Assembly: GCA_965235115.1 (NCBI GenBank)
Contig: OZ249436.1
Coordinates: 28,956,001 to 29,020,000 of the forward strand
Length of the DNA: 64,000 bases
Direction of reading: 5' to 3'
Source of the DNA: Laetmonice hystrix
Taxonomy: Eukaryota
The position numbers and the translations under genes were made by a program. The notes beneath the pieces were generated by a model that was not told where the DNA came from, did no database searches, and was given only the letters and a program-made list of their open reading frames with translations. Below, one piece after another: positions 1 through 11,871 of this stretch; position 1 is the first letter of the stretch; the number at the start of each line of letters is the position of its first letter.

Positions 1-372
1 AACTCAAATATCCTGTGGGCCGCTCGCTAATTCTGAGCTACGTATTTGCGAGAGATTTGGCATATTTTCCTTACTAAATACTGGTCGCTGGGCCATAACA
101 GTCTCACATGATGTTACTGCATGGGAGTCCAAGGTATGCGAATCATATGTTTCTAAGACTGCCATAAATCGAAAAAAATGAATTTTACGACTCCCTTTAA
201 CGAAATAAACGCAATATCTACCGAGGCCTAATTAAAAATTTCTAATTGGGCCTAAGTGCTGACAAGTTAAGTAGATTGTGCCCTTTCCTTTTCTGTCCTT
301 TCCTTTTCTTTCCCTTTCTTTCTTTTTCTTTTCTTTCCTTTTCTTTCCCGTAATAATTGCCATAGCGATCAT

Positions 373-1155
373 AACTAGACCTGTCGTGGATAAAACCACG
401 ATGGATCCCATCCCTTGGGTGACATGTCCCTATGATTTAATGAGGTCATTATGACTTGTGATGTCACGATACGTATTATGTCCTGGTGTTAATCAAAAGA
501 GCATGTGTATGACTGCCTATTTGTGTCGAATAGTAGCTATGGCTCTATCTTGGAAAGTTTATGACTAATAGTAAATGTAAATGACGTCATTGACATATAT
601 GACGTCACCTTACATCATAAAGTTCGGAGTCAATGAAAAGAAAGTGTATGACTTCCTCTTCATGTTCAATAGTAACCATAGCTTTAATTATAGGCCTTTC
701 AAGATGCCAATGACGTCATGACATCATATGTCACGCTACATCTTTAATCTTGGTGTCAATTGAAAGAGCATATATGACTTCCTATTCGTGTTCAATAGTA
801 ACTATGACCCTATATCTTGCACCGTTTTCGAGTTATAGGCTATGGAAGATACCAATGACATCATTATGATGTCATACGTCACGCTACCTAATAAGTGTTG
901 GTCTCAATTGAAAGAGCATGTATGACTTCCTATTATGTTCTATGGTAACCATGGCTTTATCTCGCATCGTTTAGGAGTTACAGGCCTTAGAAAATATTGA
1001 TTACGTCATACGTCATCCTACGTCATCAAACTTGGCCTCAATTAAAAGAGCATGCATGACTGCCTATTCATGTTCAATAGTAACTATGGTTCTATCTTGC
1101 ACCGTTCTCGAGTTATAGGCCATAGAAGACACCAATGACGTCATTATGACGTAAC
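373..1155 (+). repeat. Satellite-like tandem array (about 125-145 bp unit, about 5 copies), probably the core of a Helentron/HINE-like element
   Basis: GAAAGAGCATGTATGACTTCCTATT..GTTCAATAGTAACTATGG recurs at about 497, 636, 761, 910 and 1044. The array is preceded by AACTAGA and a short hairpin (TCGTGG-ATAAAA-CCACGA). The tandem structure is certain; the HINE assignment is an inference. Confidence 0.7.
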
Positions 1156-2886
1156 CTTGAATTTCAAAATTTTCCGGGGGCATGTCCCCGAGGAAGGCTT
1201 CGCGCCTTCGGCGTTTGCAGACTTTGCGCCTTCGGCGCTCGTACAGTCACGCCTGTGTCGCAACTAAACACGTTGAACCCCCCCTAACGGAAAAAGCTGG
1301 ATCCGCCCCTGCCCTATAGGCCTGGTACACAAGACTAAAAGATGAAGGTGATAACTCAAAAGCTGTCTTAATTGGGTCCCCGGCTATGAGCTATCAAATG
1401 TAGCACGACAGGGTCTTTTGTTAAATTGTATTCTGGGGGTTTTTCGGGTTGCCTGGACCCCCCCCCCCCCCCAAAAAAAAAGCCTCTATCTCAGTTGGAA
1501 CCCCCCCCCCCTCCTTATCTCAGTTCTGCCTCCACCCCTGGGTCACATCAGGACGATCAGTTTTACTGGTAGTGGAAACCAGTGTCCCTGGGACACATTA
1601 AAGTTAGTTGTATTCAAGCTTTATTCACTTAAAAACAGAGACAAATTAATATTACACAGGTTTAAAAAAAAAAAACTCCACCGAGACGATTTGTAAAACA
1701 TGTAAAACACTGACCAGAGATATATTTGTTGTAAAACAAAAGTGAATGAGAACACCTAGACTTCGTTACATCAGCAGAATCGAAAAGTAATCCTTAGACT
1801 ACCGCGGGTATATACAATATCATAGCATATCCATGTAATACCTTTGTGTCTGCTGAAAAAAGCAGCAAGCACCTGCAATCTGTGGTAAATACATTGCAGG
1901 GACTTCTGTCCTGCAGGTCAGTACGATACACTTGTCATAGCAATTCACAGGCATTCAATAACTAATGCCGAGGTGCCCACCCTGCAATCTTACAATCAGG
2001 ACTTTCAAACACATTTTTCCGCATTTCAGGCAATTTTTAGAATCGGACATCTGTATGCAATTCAAGTAAATTTTAATAAAAATGTCTGAAACCAGGAGAA
2101 TGGAGACCACATGATGAAGTTTGGGAGGCCAAAAGGCTTTATGATGAAACTCAAATAGCTCTTTATATATATGATGACTTCGACTAGATTACCACATTGT
2201 ATGTATCATCATGTGTAGTCAATTTAATGGTATGATGACTGGCACTTATTAGTGATAGTGTATAATCATAGGGAAAAACAAACATCACCTTCCTCTCAAA
2301 CAAAACTAAAATAATTGTTAACTTTGTAACGACAGACAACTTTATCACAGTACATGTATCATGTTAGAGTAAATAACTGAACAAACTTACTACTCTACAT
2401 TGTGCATCTCTCCTTTTAAAATATTATTACAACACAGTTAGCCAAAATAAACTATTTAATTGAAAACTTAAGATAAGAGACATAGGAAATATATCCATCT
2501 ACCCAACTAAAAAACAGAACTATTATTTCAATCATAGCATTACCGGGGTAGATGTTAGTGAATTGTTGGCATAGTTACATTTTACATTTGTGGTTCTAAA
2601 GTTTAGAAAAATAGATTCTTACTCCTTCCACTTAAGTCAGTTTGAATTGGTGAATGTTTACCAACACTGTGCGTTGAGTTCTATGCACATGCTTTGTCTC
2701 AGAGTGTACCGGGTATATGTACACTAATACTGGGACTCTATCAAATGATTGCAATGCTGCAATAAGCACAGCATAATGAACTCAAGAACTCGACAATGTT
2801 TCCATCATTAAATACTGTTATATCACTGTTGTCATCTTTGAAATATCAGAGTGTAATGCAGCATATAATCAGAACTGTTACTTTTC

Positions 2887-5800
2887 TCAGGACTGGTGAA
2901 ATAAATCCCATTCATCATCTTCCTCCCCTTCTGCAAGCTCTTCATTTTCGTCTGGCACATCTTCAACTTCTTCCTCTTTTTCCTGTAGTTTCTCTTCTTG
3001 TACTCTAAGTGTATCATTAGTGATTGTATCCTTGTCTAATTTGTATGTCCTCTCTAGAATGAATTTAAGATTTTCTAACATTCCTCGCTGTGTCACCCAC
3101 ATAGTATTGTTGACAAACCTTCTCAAGGCTTGTGGAGTGTAAATTTCATTTTTGTAAGAGACAAGGGTTCCAACCCTGTCGTACGCCTTATGAAGCTTGA
3201 ATTTCATCACAGAATGGGCTGAAAGTGCAAGAAATAGAGGTCAAATTCAAAATCTTTTTGAATGCAATAACAATATAAAAAAACTATAATGAAAGAATTT
3301 TACATTAACCCTTTGCCTGCCAGGTTTTTTATTTTTTGAGAGGGGGGGAATCTCATGATTTTGTCTTCATGATTTCAAAAGGCTGTCATTTGAAAATGGT
3401 ACGTGAAAGTCTATCAATGTAGGCGTACATATGTAAAATGTTCAGTATGACTAATAATTTTAAAAAAAACTAATTTTCATATGATAATGTCACGACCTGG
3501 CAGCCATCTATTTAGGAAGACTGGTCGGTTTGCTGTCACAATATGGCAACTGTGGCAGGGAAAGGGTTAAGGGATACCAAATTAATGACTCGGCTTCAGT
3601 TTAAATATAACTCCAATAAAAACACTTCTAAAACGTAAACTTACTTTGAATAAGTGAATAGAGAGCATCAGTGGATGTATATATGTTGAGGGTAGTGGGG
3701 TTTGCTGAAGATCTGGCTGGAAAACTGTGTAAACCAACATGTCGGAAATCCTCATCAACAGTGAACTGCCTGTGCTCTGTTCCGTCTGGGCCTATCATAA
3801 ATCTGTCAACGACTGTAGCTTTCCTTCATCCAACAAAAGAAAAGGAACAAATCATTATTTTAGAATAATTAAAAAACAAATGATCTCAATGTGGGGCTAC
3901 CTATGTCTACCAAAGATTTACATCCAAAGGCTACTAGCTGTATTTTCAGTTTGGGTTACCTATGCACTATTAGAAAAAGGTACTTCTGCTGAACCTTGGG
4001 CTAAGGTTAGATATTGATTGTGGTTTCTCTACTGCCACCAAGTCCCTGGCTACCAGTGGGAGTCAATGTCACTGCTTTGTATTCTTATACAATGTAGGTT
4101 GGATTCCTTAGATTGAATCATATTTCAAGATTATTTTGCTTAATAAAATGGGCAATTCAAATTTAAGAAGAAGAAATCTTGTGTCTTCAATTCTGGACAA
4201 GTATGAAGCCTGGAGGATGTCATACAATCATGCAAATACAATAGATTCTGAAAAACTTGATAAAAGATAAAAATAAATTTTTCCAACCCCCCCACCCTCA
4301 GTTGCGACAAGTTAAAGCAATCACCGAGTATCTCTTATTTCGATGACTCCAAAATACAGACATGGGCTGTTGGGTTAGATAAAGCCTTCAGAAAAATTGT
4401 CTCTAGATGCAGTTTTATCAATTTTTGAAAAAAATATAATAAAGCACATTTTCTGTCAACTTCATATGTGCCGAGATCTTTTTCAATTTCACGAAAGGAA
4501 AACAAGATTAACCCCCTACATTGTACATTTCATAACAACCCTTACTTATTAGAGCATTATCAATTTTTTTTACAGACATTCTGATTCTAGGCAAGAAATA
4601 ATCTGACATTTATCAAACGTTGTATATCTGCTCAGGATGTTGGCCCACATAGGGCATCTGCCACTCACTGAGTGAGAGGTAGTTCAACCATAGAACTGTA
4701 CTGGTGTGCTGCTGTGAACACAATGTTTTAAAATGAGGATCGCTTCAAATCGCTACATTGTCAAACCATGAACTTAAAGTGATAGAGAACATTAGAGGAA
4801 CAAATTCATGTGTAGTCTGTAGAACGCTGTAGCATGCATTATTTGTGATAGAAAATAGGATTTAAAGTCAGAAAATCTGTTTCTGCTCATCTGATTCAAT
4901 TTTGCCCGGGTTTGCTCTCGTTGACACTATTTGGATAATCGATGAATAAACAGTAGTTTCAGCAGAGCTCTCAAACCATGATGGCGCTGCATAAATGGAA
5001 GCACGCTCACGATAAGACTCACGAAAAATGACAGATCGGAGCCTATGCTCTCTAGACTTTATTTATACAAGATTTTGATTGAAAAATCGTATTCTAGTAT
5101 AATACAATAGTTCCTTTCACCCCCAATTTTAAATTTGGACTGGAGTATATGGATGGAATCCTGTAAGAAATAAAGCTGCATTAAAGCTAGAGTTGAAGGC
5201 CCTATTTCAGTGTTGACAGAATAGGGATGGCTTCCAGCGGTGCCCATCCGTAGTCGCTATAAAGCTGTGTTTCCATTAACACGGCTGCAGCCAGACTGAG
5301 GTCCGGGCACGGGTACGGCTGATATTGCACGTCGTTGTTTTTAATGTAAGTGTTTCCATTAATGCGATCTCTGTGCGACGCCCGTCCGGGCGTCCCACGC
5401 GGCTGTTCCCGATCGCATCATGTAGCGATTCGAGCAAAGCCGCAGATGAGCCGTATGAGCTAGGGATTCCCTTGATCCTAGGGGGTTCCCACCAATTACG
5501 TGCATGTTCTTCACTCAAAAAATGGATGACACCATGCCTCACATGGACAGCAAGCAAGATATCGAAAAACTTAACGAAAAACTTATCGATTTGGCATGTG
5601 TCTGTCCTATGACCCTATACCAACATTGAGACGCAGCCGGGCTGCACCTTTAAGAACAATGACGTGCCATATCAGCCGTACCCGTGCCCGCACCGCAGCC
5701 GTGTTAAGGAAACTCAGCTTCACAGTTTAAGTTACTATTCGGTATTCATTCACTCAGTTCAGCAAATCAACAAAAGTGTCAAAACGCAGCTCAATCAAAG

Positions 5801-6236
5801 CCAAAGGCTTAAAGAGGGCAACTTTTACTCACACTCGTCACAGGCAAAGCAAGGCAAGCCAAAGCCTGGGCAGCAGGATATTAACTAGTATATTCTTAGA
5901 CATTAAATTAGAAACGAAGTTGGAAATAAAACAATGGGTTTCCAACTGTACAGTCGTCAGTGTACGCACCCCCCCCCCCCCCCCCCCCCAGGCCCGCCGT
6001 GCTCACGCACATTAGAACCTTTATTATCGCCCAAACCAGCGCCGAGCTCCAAAAACTTACGTGCGATGATGTATATCGGGAAGATTTTTCGGATCCTTGA
6101 CAAAGTCATGTACTTCTTTTGGACTTGCTAAAATAAATATATCAAACTGTAAGATCACAAACGTCCTCTGGAGGATAAGGTAGGCACCAAGTGCCAGGAC
6201 AAGAACAAGAAACGAGAAAATAGCCCTGAACCACAT
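2887..6236 (-). CDS. Uncharacterised 228-aa protein: N-terminal hydrophobic signal anchor, SRPBCC/START-like (polyketide cyclase-type) domain, acidic C-terminal tail; 3 exons
   Basis: Exons 6236-6061, 3823-3645 and 3218-2887 join through GT-AG introns with matching phases (176+179+332=687 nt). Translation: MWFRAIFSFLVLVLALGAYLILQRTFVILQFDIFILASPKEVHDFVKDPKNLPDIHHRT/KATVVDRFMIGPDGTEHRQFTVDED...YSLIQT/HSVMKFK...PQALRRFVNNTMWVTQRGMLENLKFILE...EEDDEWDLFHQS. 'I..SP.EV.DFV.DP.NLP' and the C-terminal helix 'MLENLK..LE' are typical of SRPBCC proteins. Domain call is by motif recognition only. Confidence 0.8.
3305..3570. mobile_element. piggyBac-like MITE
   Basis: TTAA|CCCTTTGCCTGCCA ... TGGCAGGGAAAGGG|TTAA. 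Confidence 0.75.
5263..5719. mobile_element. MITE (PIF/Harbinger-like)
   Basis: Terminal inverted repeats AGCTGTGTTTCCATTAACACGGCTGC / GCAGCCGTGTTAAGGAAACTCAGCT. Confidence 0.65.
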
Positions 6237-8362
6237 TGTGATCCAAGCGAGGCTCGGGAATCCCCTTCAGTTTCTGGCTGGTTCCCTGCCTCACTCTTCT
6301 CTGACTTTTCAATGAGGCAGGGAACCAGCCAGTTTCAGTCTCAACGTCATGGGTCGCTCCTAGGGGGCGCTCTCAATAGTGACGGGATTCCCCGCTATGC
6401 TGGTAGAAGACGCTAGGGGTCATTACTAAACCGGTTAACAAAAAGTGTGAGCCGATACTCCGGTAGACAGAGTATCCGTCCCAGTCCCAGTATTCGGATA
6501 GCCGCTTTCAAGTCCAGAGTCAAGATAGTTCACGATAAATGTGTGAATCTCACTTCAACTTCAAGACTAGAGGGTCCGCATGAAATAGATTTATTTGGCT
6601 CAATACTATCAAAGAACGTACTATAGTATAGCGCCAGTGATGGCCGCCTACACAACGTCACAAGTTTTTAAGGCATAGCCCATAGCGCGGTTAGGCCTAT
6701 AACTAATTAATTATGTGCGGTTCTCTCTCAGATCCTGCAGGGTGGAGAAAGTATTCAAGGTAGTGCGTTCAGTGCCAGGCCGTGCAGTCTAACAGTTTGC
6801 GCTCCTTATAAAAAGACGTTCGTAAATAGCATTAATTGTACAATATTCTGGAGAGCTAATCGGATTCTTGACGTCTTATTAGTTATTAATTCCCTTTTTT
6901 CTGTAGTACACATGTATTAGGTAATGGTAACTTTGGTAATGATAATGACCAATGATTAGCACAGAATTTTTATAATGGGCCTAATCTATAAGCTTGATCT
7001 TCTCGGTAAAGTATCAGCTCATAAACATTGGAAACGGGTTTTATTCTTTTTATCATAACTGATTACCCGTATAGGAGTTTCTCAGAAGAAATGGGGAAAA
7101 CAATTATTCAACCAAGTGATTTTATTGCAACAGATAGGAAGTAAAATGATCAGGTCCTGCTACAATTAACTTGAGCACGACTCCGAGATTGATGTCAAAG
7201 AACGCCATATTATTGGGCGAATATCAAAACACACACAATTCATGCCGAGACAAATTGAGGGGGGAGCTAAGGTGGCTGCAGCATATGTAGCCTCCCCTCT
7301 ACTTTTTGACAAGAAGCATGAAGAATCACATTTAAAAAATTTCCTAAATTTTACATTTCGGATATTCTCTCTGCCTAGCTTCTCCCTCCCCCACCAACCA
7401 AATGATGTTTTATTTTGCACGAAGTCATGTGCTGGTCCGTCGGCACCCTTTATCGATATTGTATCTACATGACACAAGAAAGACACTGGCCTTTTATAGG
7501 TGCTACTATGAGTCAAAGAAACTTGCTTTCGGGTGCACTGTTAAACAACATTTAAATTCCACTCAATATTACTACGTGATGATTAATCTATATATTCCTA
7601 TATTTCGGATCAACTGCATACTCGTGTCCAAAAATGGAGTACAATTAATAAGCAACCTGGTAGGAATTTTGTTAATCCTTTTTTTAAACATATTCAGAAC
7701 TAGGATAAAAAATACATCCAATAGGGAAAGAACTAATCTGTTGACAGTTCATCTCGTCCCATGGTTCAGCTGTATGGGATTATGTAAGGCTTGCTTGTTT
7801 TTACTTTATACATTGTATAGCATGAGCCTTTGTAGGAATCCTACATTTAACTTAAGGTACGTACACCATTTTAAAGAAAAACTGATAAAAAGAACATAGG
7901 ATAACTTGGGGGAAAAAACACAAAATCAACAACATTATGTATACCTTAAATATGATAAATGCTTTCTTCTTATATTCTTATAATGTATGTAAATAAAATA
8001 AAGTGCTTAGATAAAAGCATGGTAAGATTACACTACATTAGCTAGTAAAATAAACAAACAAGTTCTACTTCCGTCTTCATTAAAATATTTTCCTAAGCTG
8101 AAAACACGATGCCCCTTTTTGCCTGTCGAATATAGTCTATATATCAAGGATTTTTCTGCATATAACTACAAATAAATTGAAAACTACAACCGAATACAAA
8201 ATGTTAGAACTTTGCTACAGAGTATATGAATGTCATTCCAATGCAGTGACCAACAGGGTACAGTGCGCCATAATATACGTAAATCATTCTTATCACATGA
8301 TTTATTACACCAAATTACCAAAGTTAGGCTATTCAACGCAAAGTTTTTCTTAAATAGGTTCA

Positions 8363-8898
8363 TTAAAGGGGCATATTATGAGGAAACGTTAAAAATCGGT
8401 ATTTCATAGAACTTTTGCTGTTTTCATAAAGAGATCCTTCATTAAAATTGCTTGGTAAACAAAGGCAGACTTATCAGTTTCATTTTGCGTGAGAAATCAA
8501 AGTTTATGAAGCTCCCTTGCCCGCTTCTCTGCCGATTTCGTAAAATATTTTTTGGGTGGCATTCTGATGCCGGGCGATCGAGTGCCACTGCTGAATTGTT
8601 TACAACTAAGCAAAGCACGTGACTAAGCACATGCAGAGAGTGCACACACAGGATGTGATACAGTATGCAATTACACGGGTTGATGGGAGGTTGTCCGCCA
8701 AATTATGGCGGGAGATGTGCTATCAGGAGAAATCTATAGGTTTGGTCGTATAGAACCTACTTGTGCTGCATACGCTGCGAAAACACGTCGGAGGACAAAA
8801 TGCTGTGGTAGGATTATTTACTTGGATCCCTAGTACACGGTCATGTTGGATAATTGCCGTAAATCCTCAAAAACGTGTTTCATAGTATGCCCCTTTAA
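8363..8898. mobile_element. TTAA-flanked (Kolobok-like) non-autonomous DNA transposon; internally deleted relative of the 35256-36289 copy
   Basis: TTAA|AGGGGCATATTATG ... CATAGTATGCCCCT|TTAA. Interior is similar to 35256-36289 in inverted orientation (both give the ORF-track peptide ASECHPKNIL). Confidence 0.8.
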
Positions 8899-11670
8899 CG
8901 TACGCTAGATAGGCGATTACGGAATACATATGTAAATTAGTATAATGACCTGTTCAGATATATCATAATAATACGTGCTGACTCACTTATGTTGGGATAA
9001 TGGAAATCACCTAGACTCTCTGTTGTGGACCTGCCACCTCTGTATCTATCTGTGCAAATATTCAGAACAACACATGTGACTGTCAAATAGCTTTCTTTCA
9101 CATTTCTTTCACGAATACCAGTTGAAAATCCTCTCTATGAATAGAAAATAATAAATTGCATATAAAAAATACAGCGATACCGTTATACCTCTAAAGGCGC
9201 TTGGTTTGTGACACCTAGATATCAAGTGTATACAATATTCACTGCATCTCTTACTAATGGCAAGTTTGGACTAAAAAAAAAGAAAATCTTGCTTTACGCG
9301 TTCGTTGATTGGGTCGCGTTGAGCAATTAAAAAAAAAATACTAAGGGCAATACATGTAGTAAGGACAATGGCAGTGAAGTAGGAATAAGATAATAGCAGA
9401 AGTTATCTGAGGCATAAAGTAAAGTTTTCTTATCCGCATGACGGACAAATGGTTTTGATATAGAACGGCCCAGTTTCGTACAAGAAAATCTATGGGCGGG
9501 CAGAAATAATACACCTGGGTTTGAAAATGCCTCTGGAAAGCAGTATAGCCAGCATGAACAAATACATCTTCAGTTGCACACAATATTCCTTCAACTTGTA
9601 TCAAAGATAGCAGATACAAAATATGTTTTTCATCACAGCTGCTAATTCAACACAAATTCTCTTTCACTGTCTGTCTGTCTGTCTGTCTGTCTTCTGTGAA
9701 TTTGAAACATTCCTCCTTGATAACATATTTTGGAATAAATGACCTCAATGTGTAGCATAATAAATGAAACCGACTTCACTGCTAGAATGTATATTAACTT
9801 AAGCAGCCTCAACTGTACTCGTCTGGCAAGCCTTAAAGGTAATATGTCACGAATTTCAAATAATACGTTGTGTTTCAGCAAAAATCGTCTGCATTGCGGT
9901 TCTCTGATATGCCCCAAAAGTCCCCTACCTGTTTATGTAGCTTTGGCTGGTATTTTGTAAAAAAATTGCCAGTTCTTAATGTGGTCACTGAAAATGACAC
10001 AGTTAGATTCCGAGACCCCGGGATTTGCAGTCGGCTGTGTTTTGCACCCTTTTCACACGATTGGCGGACGGGCCATTATAGTCCCACTATCATTTTATAG
10101 CTTTGTTATTTTTACTTATATATTTATTATTTGTTTATTTATATATTTGTTATTTACTTAGATGACGGATTCATCACACTTTGCGGACTGCAGCTAGTTT
10201 GATTCATTTTTCCACATTATGGAGAATTTCACAGCTGTCTACTCGTATGTGTTAACAGAATCAATATGAAAAACAATCAGTGCCATAAAGTATGTCAGTG
10301 GTGAGCAGGTAAGCAGAAAACTGAAGATTTCGGTCGATACCCCCCATGACATATTTCCTTTAAATGGGACCAGGAACTCATTATGTTCATCATTAACTAA
10401 AACAGGGTTTGTTAATACGACGGTACCATTTGTTTGAGCAGAGCTGCACAACTGAGAAAGAAATGTTACTCCTTGTGATAATGTAAACAAATTGTTCAAG
10501 GTCCGTGCTGTCTCTGACATTGCTGAGCTGATCACGTAAACACTGTGGTCAACTCGGACCGAGTTAGTGGGGGGGGGGGGGGGGGGGGGGGGTGTTAGTG
10601 TGGGGGTAAGGTTTCTAATTCTCAGTTATACAACTCTCTGGTACCATTGTATTCATAAACGAGAATGTGTCTGGAAGCACTAAATGTTCGGGACAGATTT
10701 TTACTGGTAATTAGAAAAAAACAAAAATGTTACAACTGAGGATTCCCTAGATGTACTTTGGTATAGGAACCACAAATCACATAGTCTGGAGTATTCGACT
10801 ACAATTGACATCCCTGATGCAATCAGAGCATTTAGATGATTAGTTATAGCAATGGGACCTTTGTTACATTCCTGCAAAGACTATCGGTATAAATGTTACT
10901 GTGGTTTGGAACGTTTTCAGACAGTTTGAAAATTTTTGCATTTTCATGCACCAATCTCACCTTTCATAAAATACCGCTGATGGAGTTGCAAACTTTCATC
11001 AATGATACTATGAATGTACGTTACACCTTGGTACAACTGGTCTGAGAAAGATGGCGTGGCCTGGCTGTGGCACTGGTAAGCTTGCAATCACAGTCTGAAT
11101 AAAATGGATTTTCCCTGTCTAAAAGATGGTGGCATCTCCCCCCCCCCCCCCCCCCCCAGCCTGCGAAATTTTTATTCGCTAGCTCGGGGCCAAACCAGAG
11201 CTCAGCCTCAACCTGATGAACTGCCCTCTGTTCTTTGTTTGCTGTTTTTCCCACTCAATTTTCTTCAATATGGGTTAGAGTTACGGATATTGATAGAGAT
11301 AGTTATATTACAAAACGTAATCCCTCGTTGAGGATTTTGGGTTAGTTTGGGATATGGATGGCGATAGTTAACGGTCGGGCAGCTCAACAGGTGATTGGTC
11401 ACGTGCACATGAGCTAAGCTTCGGTCCCCAGCTAGAGTAGGAAAAAGAATTTCACCCCCAGCCCTCCCACCACACGAAAGCTACTGCCCACAATCTTCAT
11501 AAACCAACAGATGTGAATATAATCAAATTTACAGCATTTAGTATTCTGCTGGGGCATGATGAAGACCTTGCACTAGAAAACTTACAACTAGGGAGCATTC
11601 ACACGCTTTAATATCTGATGTTGCAAATAGTGGTATCCCTCCATCAAATCTTGTATTATTTTACTAGTCT

Positions 11671-11759
11671 TAAGGCCCAGATACACAGACCGATTTACGG
11701 CCGATTTTTCTCCATACCTCAAAATCGACCGTAAATCGGTCTGTGTATCTGGGCCTTTA
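11671..11759. repeat. Near-perfect hairpin (mini-MITE) just downstream of the GBA2 stop codon
   Basis: About 37-bp arms AAGGCCCAGATACACAGACCGATTTACGGCCGATTTT / AAAATCGACCGTAAATCGGTCTGTGTATCTGGGCCTT. Confidence 0.85.
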
Positions 11760-11871
11760 CTAATATTCACCAGGTTTCACTAAGGCAAATTCCATGTAAA
11801 ATTATCATGTCCGTACCTACAGAACACAATGTGCGATTATAGCATACTGACACCTTTTTGAGTAGCCAACT

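Noticed and set aside
1418..1696. Proline-rich short ORFs here and at 5776-6131, 11104-11331 and 33273-33626
   Set aside because: They are artefacts of poly-C/poly-G runs and MITE interiors.
4669..4711. Possible extra exon in the SRPBCC-like gene (CACAG|...|GTGAGT), with an alternative reading MTLSRIRK
   Set aside because: At 43 nt it breaks the frame of the signal-anchor/SRPBCC reading, and exons 1 and 2 already join in phase without it.
6640..7899. Possible plus-strand gene divergent from the SRPBCC-like gene (acceptor at about 6731; ORFs 7242-7899)
   Set aside because: No coherent spliced ORF and no recognisable protein.
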